A stretch of 24,000 bases of DNA from Maribacter sp. 2210JD10-5 (GTDB lineage Bacteria; Bacteroidota; Bacteroidia; Flavobacteriales; Flavobacteriaceae): contig NZ_JBLFES010000001.1 of the NCBI RefSeq assembly GCF_047345745.1, positions 1,595,945 to 1,619,944 on the forward strand, read 5' to 3'. Shown one piece after another: positions 15,484 through 24,000 of the stretch. Both the position numbers and the translations under genes were made by a program. A model generated the notes under the pieces. That model saw nothing but the letters and a program-made list of their open reading frames with translations, searched no databases and had not been told where the DNA came from. Every line of letters begins with the position of its first letter. Positions within the stretch are counted from its first letter, which is position 1.

Positions 15484-16464
15484 ATGTTGATGAAATTGAA
15501 AAATAGTGCTGTTATTGCCTTTTTGGCAATATTGATTATCTCCTGTAAAAATGATGATGAAGGACCAGATATAGAAGTGGTGCCTCCTAGAGTTTTAAGT
15601 GAGGTGGCGGCTGAAGATGATGCTGAAATCAGAGAATACCTTGAAACTCATTTTTATAATTATGAGGAGTTTGCATCGCCCCCAGCTGATTTTGATTTTA
15701 ATATAGTTATCGATACCATTTCGGGAGATAATTCTTCTAAGATTCCTTTAATCAATCAAATTATAGAAAAAAAAGTAATTGTTTCGTCTTCTGAATTTTT
15801 GTTAGAAGGAGAAGAGAATGTCGAGCATACATATTATTATCTAGAGGCCAAAGGTGGGGTAGGTGCTAAACCGACTATAGCTGATTCTACATTTGTTAAA
15901 TATGAGGGAACTTTGTTGAATGGCGATGTTTTTGATAATATATCAACTGGTGTATGGTGGGATAATCCTAGTTTTCAATTTCCCGGACCTGGTAATCAAC
16001 GAGCTTTCAGAGGAGTAGGAGAAGGCGTTACAAATACGGCTGGCGGAAATAATATAATCGATAATCCAGATGGAACTTTTGAGGTTGAAGGCTTTGGTGT
16101 AGGTATGATAGTTTTTCCGTCTGCGTTGGGAACTTTCAACGGACTCAGAAATCCCATACCTGCATACAGTCCGTTAATTTTTAAATATCAAGTCCTTACA
16201 TCTACCGAGAATACGGACCATGATAACGATGGTATACCATCTCTTTTTGAAGATTCGGATGAGGATGGATTATTATATAATGATAATGCAGATTTTGAAT
16301 CAGAGCCAATAAATGGTAGATTTCCCAATTATTTAGATGCGGATGATGACAATGACGGAATTCCAACACGAGAAGAAATAAATTTAGACGAGAACGGTAA
16401 TTTCTTAAGTTTCCGATTTACGAATGGCGGAGATGTTCCTGATCACTTAAATTCTGATATTTAG
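15484..16464 (+). CDS. lipoprotein with FKBP-like domain and C-terminal Asp-rich (thrombospondin type-3-like) Ca-binding repeats
   Basis: The ORF starts at 15460 (TTG). The ATG at 15484 or 15490 gives the signal MLMKLKNSAVIAFLAILIISC followed by KNDDEG. FKBP-like signature FVKYEGTLLNGDVFDN. Repeats DHDNDGIPSLFEDSDEDG and DADDDNDGIPTREE. Confidence 0.6.
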   Translation: MLMKLKNSAVIAFLAILIISCKNDDEGPDIEVVPPRVLSEVAAEDDAEIREYLETHFYNYEEFASPPADFDFNIVIDTISGDNSSKIPLINQIIEKKVIVSSSEFLLEGEENVEHTYYYLEAKGGVGAKPTIADSTFVKYEGTLLNGDVFDNISTGVWWDNPSFQFPGPGNQRAFRGVGEGVTNTAGGNNIIDNPDGTFEVEGFGVGMIVFPSALGTFNGLRNPIPAYSPLIFKYQVLTSTENTDHDNDGIPSLFEDSDEDGLLYNDNADFESEPINGRFPNYLDADDDNDGIPTREEINLDENGNFLSFRFTNGGDVPDHLNSDI

Positions 16465-16488
16465 GATAAAACATTATCTAATAAAAAA

Positions 16489-16522
16489 GGCCCGCCGAGA
16501 AATTTCTCGGCGGGCCTTTTTT
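16489..16522. terminator. bidirectional rho-independent terminator shared by convergent genes
   Basis: ggcccgccgaga (16489-16500), aatt loop, tctcggcgggcc (16505-16516), then TTTTTT. Preceded by AAAAAA, so it is functional on both strands. Confidence 0.85.
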
Positions 16523-16539
16523 AATCTACTATTTTTTTA

Positions 16540-17130
16540 TTAGATTTTAAGCGAAAGACTCAAGATAAGCTGGTCGGGGCGCGTATCAATTCTACTAGGC
16601 CCTACGTTGGTAATATTGGTGTTGATAAAAGTAGCTTCGTTATCACTAAAACCACGTTCATAGCGTAAATCTATTCCTAATTTTCCTAGGTTTACTCCGG
16701 CACCAATATTTAGGCCAACAGTAAAATCGTTGTTGATATTGTCAATAGAAATACCATCGAATTCGGTATCAAGAATATATTGGAACGACGGACCTGCAAA
16801 TAAATGAAGTGGGCCAATTACTTTTACACCCAATAAAATAGGTGCATCTAGTTTGCTCATATTAAAATCGTCACCGTCATAGTCGGATTTTGTTTTTGTA
16901 TACACCAATTCTGGACGTAAATAAATACGGGCGACTCCAATTTTTCCAAAAACCCCTAGATGATATCCAATATTTCTATCTGGATTACGAGCCGCATCAC
17001 CGGCAGATTCAAAGTAATCGCCATTTGCGTTATAATTTAAACCACCTTTGATTCCAAATCCGGAACCACTCTGTGCATATGCCGTAAAACCGGCAAATAC
17101 CATAACAGCTAAAAAAAATACTTTTTTCAT
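16540..17130 (-). CDS. outer-membrane beta-barrel (porin-family/OmpA-like barrel) protein
   Basis: 196 aa. Signal peptide MKKVFFLAVMVFAGFTAYAQ. Alternating Gly/aromatic beta-strand pattern (GIKGGLNY, GYHLGVFG, GLNIGAGVNLG, IDLRYERGF). Confidence 0.7.
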   Translation of the reverse strand: MKKVFFLAVMVFAGFTAYAQSGSGFGIKGGLNYNANGDYFESAGDAARNPDRNIGYHLGVFGKIGVARIYLRPELVYTKTKSDYDGDDFNMSKLDAPILLGVKVIGPLHLFAGPSFQYILDTEFDGISIDNINNDFTVGLNIGAGVNLGKLGIDLRYERGFSDNEATFINTNITNVGPSRIDTRPDQLILSLSLKI

Positions 17131-17341
17131 AATAGTCTTGTTTTATTGATGAATATTAATCAAGAATAGGGCCAAATGTTCTAAACCCTCCTTATACCAT
17201 CAGAACGCAAAGCCTGTTTCTTTATTGCCGTATAAAATTATGGGGAACGTTAAAGATGGTTAAACTTTTCAATATGGATATTGACCCGTTTAAAATCGTT
17301 TTTCTTTGGTTTTTATTAAGCCTTCCCCATATGTAGTTCGC

Positions 17342-17349
17342 TATCTTTG
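17342..17349 (+). promoter_or_regulatory. -7 box TATCTTTG (perfect TAnnTTTG) upstream of tgt
   Basis: Ends 18 nt before the TTG start at 17368. I saw no clear -33 TTG at 19-21 nt spacing. Confidence 0.35.
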
Positions 17350-17367
17350 CAACTTTATCAATAACTA

Positions 17368-18498
17368 TTGGAATTTACTTTACACAAAACAGATAGCCAA
17401 ACCAAGGCTAGGGCAGGAACCATGAAAACGGATCATGGAACCATTGAAACCCCCATTTTTATGCCTGTTGGTACGGTAGCATCGGTTAAAGGGGTGCACC
17501 AAAAAGAACTGAAAGAGGAGATTGATCCAGATATTATTCTGGGCAATACCTATCATCTTTTTCTTCGGCCAAGAACATCGATTTTACAGAAAGCGGGAGG
17601 ACTACACAAATTTATGGGATGGGATAGGAATATCTTGACGGATAGCGGAGGATATCAGGTGTATTCTTTATCGGGAAACCGAAAAATAAAGGAAGAAGGG
17701 GTAAAGTTCAAATCGCACATAGACGGTTCTACACATCTTTTTACACCCGAAAATGTGATGGAAATACAACGTATCATTGGCGCGGACATCATTATGGCTT
17801 TTGATGAATGTACGCCTTACCCTTGCGAATACAACTATGCAAAGCGATCCATGCATATGACACATCGTTGGTTGGACCGTTGTATCGATCATTTGGAAAA
17901 AGTTCCTGTTGCCTATGATTATGCACAAACATTTTTTCCGATAGTACAAGGATCTACGTATAAGGATTTAAGAAAACAATCGGCAGAATATATCGCGAAC
18001 GCAGGAGCGGAAGGAAACGCTATTGGAGGACTTTCGGTGGGCGAACCGGCAGAGGAAATGTACGCCATGACAGAGGTAGTCACGGAGATTTTACCGGAAG
18101 ACAAACCCAGATACTTAATGGGCGTGGGTACACCCATCAATATTTTGGAAAATATAGCTTTGGGTATAGATATGTTCGATTGTGTGATGCCCACTAGAAA
18201 TGCCCGTAACGGAATGCTCTTTACCGCGCACGGCACCATCAATATCAAAAATAAAAAATGGGAAGATGATTTTTCTGCCATAGATGAAATGGGAACTACA
18301 TTTGTAGATAGGGAATATTCCAAAGCCTATCTACGCCATTTGTTCGCCGCTAATGAATATTTGGGAAAACAGATAGCGACCATACATAATTTAGGTTTTT
18401 ATTTATGGTTGACGCGGGAAGCCAGAAAACATATCTTAGCTGGCGATTTTAGGGAATGGAAGAATAAAATGGTCAAACAAATGGATAAACGTTTGTAA
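17368..18498 (+). CDS. tgt: queuine tRNA-ribosyltransferase
   Basis: 376 aa. Hallmark segments ARAGTMKTDHGTIETPIFMPVGT, LTDSGGYQV, AFDEC and LMGVGTP. TTG start; the first in-frame ATG would delete the conserved N-terminus. Confidence 0.95.
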   Translation: MEFTLHKTDSQTKARAGTMKTDHGTIETPIFMPVGTVASVKGVHQKELKEEIDPDIILGNTYHLFLRPRTSILQKAGGLHKFMGWDRNILTDSGGYQVYSLSGNRKIKEEGVKFKSHIDGSTHLFTPENVMEIQRIIGADIIMAFDECTPYPCEYNYAKRSMHMTHRWLDRCIDHLEKVPVAYDYAQTFFPIVQGSTYKDLRKQSAEYIANAGAEGNAIGGLSVGEPAEEMYAMTEVVTEILPEDKPRYLMGVGTPINILENIALGIDMFDCVMPTRNARNGMLFTAHGTINIKNKKWEDDFSAIDEMGTTFVDREYSKAYLRHLFAANEYLGKQIATIHNLGFYLWLTREARKHILAGDFREWKNKMVKQMDKRL

Positions 18499-19580
18499 TG
18501 CTATCGATTATAGACAAATATATTTTAAAGCGATACCTGACTACCTTCGGGCTGATGCTGTTGTTGTTTATCCCAATCGGGATAATGGCAAATCTAGCGG
18601 AGCAGATTGGAAAGATGATCGATAATGAGGCACCGCTAAACGAAATTCTGGAATATTATTTGAATTTCACCATTTATATTGGAAGTCTTTTATTTCCCAT
18701 TTTTCTATTTCTTTCTGTAATCTTTTTCACCTCTAAACTGGCCAACAATACGGAGATTGTAGCCATTTTAAGCTCTGGGGTTTCGTACGGGAGGTTTCTA
18801 CGGCCCTACCTTATTGGTGCCACATTGATTGCCATACTCATGTTTTTCATGACCATGTTCGTTGTACCGCAGGCAAGTGCGGGTTTTAATGAATTCAAGT
18901 TCAAATATCTTAAAAAAGGAAGGCAGGACAGGGTGACCAGCAATATCTTTAACCAATTGAATGAAACAGATTTTATTTACGTAAGCAGTTTTGACCCGAA
19001 GCGAAAAATAGGACATAATTTTACGTATGAACGGTTTGATAGCATTAATCAGCTGGACTTTAAAATTTCGGCACTTAATATAAGATGGATAGATAAGGAT
19101 AGTCTGTATAGATTGACTTCCTATAAAAAAAGAAAAATAGTAGGGGATACAGCATTGATTGAAAGTAAACGAAGGTTGGACACACTTTTTACTTTCCAAA
19201 TTGATGATTTGACTCCGGTATCCTATGTAGCGGAGACAAAGAACCTTTATGAACTGGATAAGTTTATTCAAGACCAACGTCGTAAAGGAGCTTCCAATAT
19301 CAATGCCTATATATTAGTAAAGTATAAAAGATGGGCCTTGCCGCTGACGGCTTTCATTTTGACCATCATCGCGGTTGCTGTTTCTTCGGTAAAAAGAAGG
19401 GGAGGTATGGGGATAAATCTTGCTTTTGGAATCCTTGTGGCCTTCATCTACGTGTTTTTTGATAAGGTTTTTGGGACCTTGGCGGAGCAATCGGGGTTTT
19501 CTCCGTTGTTGGCCGTAATGATACCCAATGTGGTATTTGGTGTTGTCGCATTTTATCTATTACAAAATGCCAAAAGATAG
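18498..19580 (+). CDS. LptF/LptG-family (YjgP/YjgQ) permease
   Basis: 360 aa. N-terminus MLSIIDKYILKRYLTTFGLML is typical of the family. Three N-terminal TM helices, a periplasmic beta-jellyroll-sized loop and three C-terminal TM helices. The ATG overlaps the tgt stop by 1 nt. Confidence 0.8.
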   Translation: MLSIIDKYILKRYLTTFGLMLLLFIPIGIMANLAEQIGKMIDNEAPLNEILEYYLNFTIYIGSLLFPIFLFLSVIFFTSKLANNTEIVAILSSGVSYGRFLRPYLIGATLIAILMFFMTMFVVPQASAGFNEFKFKYLKKGRQDRVTSNIFNQLNETDFIYVSSFDPKRKIGHNFTYERFDSINQLDFKISALNIRWIDKDSLYRLTSYKKRKIVGDTALIESKRRLDTLFTFQIDDLTPVSYVAETKNLYELDKFIQDQRRKGASNINAYILVKYKRWALPLTAFILTIIAVAVSSVKRRGGMGINLAFGILVAFIYVFFDKVFGTLAEQSGFSPLLAVMIPNVVFGVVAFYLLQNAKR

Positions 19581-20460
19581 GATCGTAAATCTGCTACACC
19601 TTCATTTTATAGTTTTTATTTGGGGGTTCACGGCAATTTTAGGAAAACTGATAACCATAGATTCCTTACCCTTGGTATGGTTTCGCATGGGTTTGGCCAC
19701 TTTGTTCATTCTTGTTTACATTTTATGTTCAAAGTTCAGTCTACGTATTGATAAAAAAACGGCAATATGGCTCATTGGAGCTGGGATTGTAGTGGCCTTG
19801 CATTGGGTAACTTTTTTTCTGGCGATAAAAGTAGCCACCGTATCCGTAACATTGGCGATGATGTCCACCGGGGCACTTTTTACGGCTCTGATGGAACCTT
19901 TTTTGTACCATCGGAAAATTATAGGCTATGAGATAATCTTCGGTCTTATTGTTGTCATTGGATTATACCTCATTTTCAGGGTGGAATCCAAATACATATC
20001 AGGAATGGTCATTGCGCTCGTTTCGGCCTTTTTGGCGGCAGTCTTCTCATTGATCAATGGGAAATTGGTGAAAACGCATCGGCCATCGGTCATTTCATTT
20101 TACGAACTTGGGGTAGGAGTACTGTTCCTTTCGATCATATTGATGTTTCAGGGAAGTTTTTCAATGGAATTTTTTAATTTGAATACAACAGATTGGATAT
20201 ATTTACTGGTGTTGGCACTTATTTGTACCGCTTATGCTTTTATCGCTTCGGTCAAGGTAATGCGGATATTGACTCCCTATACTGTGATGCTTACCACCAA
20301 TTTAGAGCCTGTTTACGGTATTGTGTTGGCCATTTTGTTTTTTGGTACGGAGGAAAAAATGAACCCGCTTTTTTATGTGGGTGCACTATTGATTTTGACT
20401 ACGGTAATTGCAAACGGTATTTTAAAGCAACGTGCAGAGAGAAAAAGAAACTTGGGCTAA
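19567..20460 (+). CDS. EamA/DMT-family transporter
   Basis: The ORF extends to 19528 inside the preceding gene. The ATG at 19567 (MPKDRIVNLLHLHFIVFIWGFTAILGK) fits a roughly 10-TM, two-repeat EamA topology. Confidence 0.75.
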   Translation: MPKDRIVNLLHLHFIVFIWGFTAILGKLITIDSLPLVWFRMGLATLFILVYILCSKFSLRIDKKTAIWLIGAGIVVALHWVTFFLAIKVATVSVTLAMMSTGALFTALMEPFLYHRKIIGYEIIFGLIVVIGLYLIFRVESKYISGMVIALVSAFLAAVFSLINGKLVKTHRPSVISFYELGVGVLFLSIILMFQGSFSMEFFNLNTTDWIYLLVLALICTAYAFIASVKVMRILTPYTVMLTTNLEPVYGIVLAILFFGTEEKMNPLFYVGALLILTTVIANGILKQRAERKRNLG

Positions 20461-20479
20461 AGATTCCCTATTTAAGTTT

Positions 20480-20487
20480 TATATTTG
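20480..20487 (+). promoter_or_regulatory. -7 box TATATTTG (perfect TAnnTTTG) upstream of accA
   Basis: Ends 29 nt before ATG 20517, in the 56-nt intergenic gap. Confidence 0.4.
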
Positions 20488-20516
20488 TCCCTACCAAAAG
20501 CTAAATCAAATTAACT

Positions 20517-21470
20517 ATGGAGTATTTGGATTTTGAACTTCCAATTAAGGAATTGGAAGAACAATTGGACAAATGTATGATTATAGGGGAGGAAAGCGAT
20601 GTAGACGTCACCGAAACCTGTAAACAAATAGAAAAAAAGCTTACCGAAACACGAAAGGAGATTTACAAAAATCTCACCGCATGGCAACGAGTACAATTGT
20701 CAAGACATCCCAACAGACCATACACCCTAGACTATATTAAAGCTATTTGTGGAGAGACTTTTTTGGAACTTCATGGAGACCGCACGGTCAAGGACGATAA
20801 GGCAATGATCGGTGGTCTTGGAAAAATCGGAGATCAGAGTTATATGTTTATTGGTCAACAAAAAGGATATAACACCAAAACACGACAATATCGCAATTTT
20901 GGTATGGCAAATCCCGAAGGCTATCGCAAAGCGTTACGTTTAATGAAGTCTGCCGAGAAATTTCAAATACCTGTGGTATGCTTTGTGGATACACCCGGTG
21001 CCTACCCCGGTATCGAAGCAGAAGAACGTGGACAGGGGGAAGCCATTGCGAGGAATATTTTTGAAATGACAAGACTTAAAGTTCCCATCATCGTAGTAAT
21101 CATTGGAGAGGGAGCTTCAGGAGGTGCATTGGGTATTGGTGTTGGCGATAAAGTACTGATGTTGGAAAACACTTGGTACTCGGTAATTTCCCCAGAATCT
21201 TGTTCCTCTATATTATGGAGAAGTTGGGAGTATAAAGAAACGGCAGCGGAAGCGCTAAAGTTGACGGCCACAGATATGAAAAAATTGAAATTGATCGATG
21301 AAATCGTACGTGAGCCGGCAGGAGGTGCACATGCCAATAGGGAAAAGGCTTTTACGATGGTAAAAAATAAAATTGTTTCCCATTTTGAGGAACTGCAAAA
21401 GTTATCACCAAAAGAATTAGTGAATCAACGAATGGATAAATATGCCCAAATGGGTGTTTTTAGTGATTGA
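20517..21470 (+). CDS. accA: acetyl-CoA carboxylase carboxyltransferase subunit alpha
   Basis: 317 aa. Conserved segments [36 protein letters not shown] and [11 protein letters not shown]. Confidence 0.95.
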   Translation: MEYLDFELPIKELEEQLDKCMIIGEESDVDVTETCKQIEKKLTETRKEIYKNLTAWQRVQLSRHPNRPYTLDYIKAICGETFLELHGDRTVKDDKAMIGGLGKIGDQSYMFIGQQKGYNTKTRQYRNFGMANPEGYRKALRLMKSAEKFQIPVVCFVDTPGAYPGIEAEERGQGEAIARNIFEMTRLKVPIIVVIIGEGASGGALGIGVGDKVLMLENTWYSVISPESCSSILWRSWEYKETAAEALKLTATDMKKLKLIDEIVREPAGGAHANREKAFTMVKNKIVSHFEELQKLSPKELVNQRMDKYAQMGVFSD

Positions 21471-21496
21471 TAAGCTATTTTGTCAAGCTCAGAAAA

Positions 21497-21527
21497 ATCC
21501 AAGAATTTTAATTCTTGGATTTTTTTT
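21497..21527 (+). terminator. rho-independent terminator after accA
   Basis: atccaagaatt (21497-21507) pairs with aattcttggat (21510-21520), followed by T7 (21521-21527). Confidence 0.75.
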
Positions 21528-21637
21528 GTTATCAACATAAATCGTAACTTATTAACAGCAAAATTGTTAGTTAACGGTGAACATCACTTAAGGATTTTTT
21601 CATGTTAACTTAAGGTTAATTGCATATTTTCGCAGGT

Positions 21638-23188
21638 ATGGAGAACACTAAACCTTTAATCGGTCGTAAGATCGATAAGTCTACTATTATCAACCTCGAA
21701 AGAGGAAAGATACCGCCTCAAGCTGTTGATTTAGAGGAGGTTGTGTTGGGTGCGATGATGATTGACAAAAAAGGGGTAGATGAAGTAATAGATATCTTAC
21801 ATCCCGAGGTTTTTTATAAGGATGCCCATAAATTTATTTACGAAGCCATTTTTGTTTTGTTCGAGGAATCCCAACCAGTGGATTTATTAACCGTTTCGGC
21901 ACAATTGAAGAAGGCCGGAAAATTGGAAGCGGTAGGAGGGGATTTTTACCTTATAAAACTCACCCAAAAAGTGGCATCTTCGGCACATATCGAGTTTCAC
22001 GCCCGTATTATTCTTCAAAAATTTATCCAACGGAGTTTAATCAAGATTTCCAACGAAATCATTGAAGAGGCATATGATGAATCTACCGATGTTTTTGAGC
22101 TTTTGGATGCCGCCGAATCAAAATTATATGATGTTACCCAAGGAAATTTGAAACGTTCTTCGGAAACGGCTCTGGATTTGGTAATTCAGGCGAAAAAGAA
22201 AATTGAGGAAATTGCCAACAAAGAGGGCATGAGCGGTATTGCTACGGGCTTTGATAAGTTGGATAGATTGACCTCGGGCTGGCAGCCTAGTGATTTGATT
22301 ATCATTGCAGCGCGTCCCGGTATGGGTAAAACGGCATTGACCTTGTCCATGGCTAGAAATATAGCGGTTGATACGGGCGAAGCGGTTGCTTTCTTTTCCT
22401 GTGAAATGTCCTCCGTACAATTGATTACCCGTCTAATTTCATCTGAAACAGGATTGTCATCCGAAAAACTGAGAACGGGAAAACTGGAAAAACATGAATG
22501 GGAACAATTGAACGTAAAAGTAAAGGCATTGGAAAAAGCGCCTTTGTTCATTGATGACACCCCTTCGCTATCCATTTTTGATTTGAGGGCTAAAGCCAGG
22601 CGTTTAAAATCACAACATGACATTAAAATTATCATTATTGATTATTTACAGTTGATGACCGCCGGTGGAACGCAAAAAGGAGGAAACCGAGAACAGGAGA
22701 TATCCACAATTTCGAGAAACTTAAAGGCCTTGGCCAAAGAATTGAACGTTCCGGTAATCGCGCTATCACAATTGTCCCGTGCGGTAGAGACACGAGGTGG
22801 CAGCAAAAGACCACTACTTTCGGATTTAAGGGAATCAGGCGCCATTGAGCAAGATGCGGACATCGTTTCCTTTATTTATAGACCGGAATACTATAAAATT
22901 GAGGAATGGGATGATGAAGAACGTACACCTACGCAGGGTCAAGGAGAACTCATTGTGGCCAAGCACCGTAATGGGGGGCTTGACAATATCCGACTGAAGT
23001 TTATCGGCCAGCTTGGTAAATTTGACAATCTCGACGATTTTGATTCTCCTTTTGAATTTCAATCTAAAATGAATGCCAATGAGGAAAATCCGTTCATCAC
23101 AAAAGGGCTGCCAAGTGCCGATGATGCTTTTGGAAGTTCAATGAACGATAGTTTCAATCCAGAGGATGATAACGATGTTCCATTCTAG
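21638..23188 (+). CDS. dnaB: replicative DNA helicase
   Basis: The ORF starts at TTG 21620, but ATG 21638 (MENTKPL) is more likely. N-terminal PPQAVDLEEVVLGAMM. Walker A ARPGMGKT, Walker B IIIIDYLQLM, then SQLSRAVE and AKHRNGG. No intein-sized insertion. Confidence 0.95.
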   Translation: MENTKPLIGRKIDKSTIINLERGKIPPQAVDLEEVVLGAMMIDKKGVDEVIDILHPEVFYKDAHKFIYEAIFVLFEESQPVDLLTVSAQLKKAGKLEAVGGDFYLIKLTQKVASSAHIEFHARIILQKFIQRSLIKISNEIIEEAYDESTDVFELLDAAESKLYDVTQGNLKRSSETALDLVIQAKKKIEEIANKEGMSGIATGFDKLDRLTSGWQPSDLIIIAARPGMGKTALTLSMARNIAVDTGEAVAFFSCEMSSVQLITRLISSETGLSSEKLRTGKLEKHEWEQLNVKVKALEKAPLFIDDTPSLSIFDLRAKARRLKSQHDIKIIIIDYLQLMTAGGTQKGGNREQEISTISRNLKALAKELNVPVIALSQLSRAVETRGGSKRPLLSDLRESGAIEQDADIVSFIYRPEYYKIEEWDDEERTPTQGQGELIVAKHRNGGLDNIRLKFIGQLGKFDNLDDFDSPFEFQSKMNANEENPFITKGLPSADDAFGSSMNDSFNPEDDNDVPF

Positions 23189-23364
23189 AAGTTTCAGGCC
23201 TAATTGTAAGTATCAAGTATAAACCTAGTCTTTGGGAAATTTAATTTCAAGAAACTTTTTATTTCCAATCTTGCACCTCGTACTTTGTAAATTCTTTAAC
23301 GCGCCTCAAAATACTTCACGGTTATTTTTCGTTTACCTTTGAGTAGGTTCAATTAACACCGATT

Positions 23365-24000
23365 ATGCGTAAACTTCTTTTTTCTTTTTCTCTGCTTCTT
23401 TTTTCGGTGCAGCTGTCAGCTTCCTCTATTCTTATTCCAATGGATGCGGAGAGTCAAAAGAATCATTTAAAGGCATATGGCATTACATTTTGGGTGTTGT
23501 CCAAACAACAAAAAGTACAGTGGTTGCTCAATTATCGGGGAGGTTCCTTTTTATTGCCCGATGGCGAAAGCGTTCGTAAAGAATGTCAAATAAGGGGAGT
23601 TTCTTTTGAAATTCTATCCGATGGCCAGGCAAATGCCATTTTGGATGAAATCAGTAGTCCGTCTGTAAATCAGGACGCGGTCATCTTGGAAAAAGCACCT
23701 AAAATTGCAGTCTATTCCCCAAAAGGAAACCAACCTTGGGACGATGCCGTGACCATGGCACTTACGTATGCGGAGATTCCTTACGTGACCATTTACGATG
23801 AAGAAGTTTTGGACGATAAGCTTGCATTGTATGATTGGTTGCACTTGCACCATGAAGATTTTACGGGACAATATGGTAAATTCTATGGGGCGTACCGAGC
23901 CACGCCTTGGTACATAGAGAGTAAAAAAGAGTCTGAAAAACTGGCTAAAAAACTGGGATATGAGAAAGTTTCCGAAGAGAAACGGGATGTTGCATTAAAG
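23365..24000 (+). CDS. conserved secreted protein of unknown function, 3'-truncated by window end
   Basis: Absent from the ORF track because it runs off the window. My translation: MRKLLFSFSLLLFSVQLSASSILIPMDAESQKNHLKAYGITFWVLSKQQKVQWLLNYRGGSFLLPDG... It stays open for 212 codons to position 24000. The signal peptide is evident. Confidence 0.6.
   Translation, partial: MRKLLFSFSLLLFSVQLSASSILIPMDAESQKNHLKAYGITFWVLSKQQKVQWLLNYRGGSFLLPDGESVRKECQIRGVSFEILSDGQANAILDEISSPSVNQDAVILEKAPKIAVYSPKGNQPWDDAVTMALTYAEIPYVTIYDEEVLDDKLALYDWLHLHHEDFTGQYGKFYGAYRATPWYIESKKESEKLAKKLGYEKVSEEKRDVALK

Noticed and set aside
17919-18323. 134-aa ORF antisense to tgt (also 17668-17949 and 18798-19277)
   Set aside because: The sense strand encodes highly conserved Tgt and LptF/G-family proteins. 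The antisense frames show no recognisable features.
20193-20504. 103-aa plus-strand ORF overlapping the 3' part of the EamA gene in another frame
   Set aside because: The EamA frame gives a continuous TM-helix pattern to its stop at 20460. The alternative frame is Cys/Gly/Tyr-rich with no signal.
21529-21537. TTATCAACA, one mismatch from the DnaA-box consensus TTATCCACA, upstream of dnaB. Duplicated acttaagg motifs lie nearby.
   Set aside because: It is a single box with no cluster and no adjacent AT-rich unwinding repeats or dnaA/dnaN. This is insufficient for an origin or a DnaA-regulated promoter.
22186-22635. 149-aa ORF antisense to dnaB (also 22124-22420, 22642-22863, 22835-23062, 20848-21072, 21002-21337, 20511-20696)
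   Set aside because: These are shadow ORFs opposite strongly conserved dnaB and accA coding sequence.
23614-23871. 85-aa minus-strand ORF
   Set aside because: It is antisense to the longer open frame 23365-24000, which has a signal peptide and protein-like composition.
1-24000. Scan for CRISPR arrays, rRNA, transposase or IS ends, toxin-antitoxin pairs and known defence-system genes
   Set aside because: I saw no regularly spaced repeats and no matching protein signatures. The only repeats found are the ones reported.

Overview
This window looks like a chromosomal segment from a Flavobacteriia-type Bacteroidota genome. Support: TAnnTTTG-type -7 promoter boxes, a CarboxypepD_reg-type TonB-dependent receptor paired with DUF4249, an IntDOT/NBU-style tyrosine integrase, and many Cys-lipobox lipoproteins. 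The right part (13.7-24 kb) is housekeeping: tRNA-Lys(UUU), aroK, a phosphoribosyltransferase, an S4-domain protein, an FKBP-like lipoprotein, an outer-membrane (OM) beta-barrel, tgt, an LptF/G-family permease, an EamA transporter, accA, dnaB and a 3'-truncated secreted protein. The left part (0-13.7 kb) looks accessory. A tyrosine integrase sits just beyond the 3' end of tRNA-Lys, with three 12-bp direct repeats between them. Two tandem AraC-family paralogs follow. Beyond them is a ~10-kb envelope/hydrolase cluster: an orphan TolC-like protein, two beta-lactamase-family lipoproteins, DinB, an alpha/beta hydrolase, the TonB receptor with DUF4249, and an unknown membrane-anchored protein. The cluster forms four transcription units. 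Each unit is preceded, in the same orientation and at the same spacing from a -7-like box, by a 14-bp element GAYTTTTTGACAAR. This shared element next to paired AraC regulators is the best candidate for an undescribed co-regulated system. Its function and regulator assignment are inference only. I saw no CRISPR array, rRNA, transposase or recognisable defence gene. The left boundary of any integrated element could not be found.
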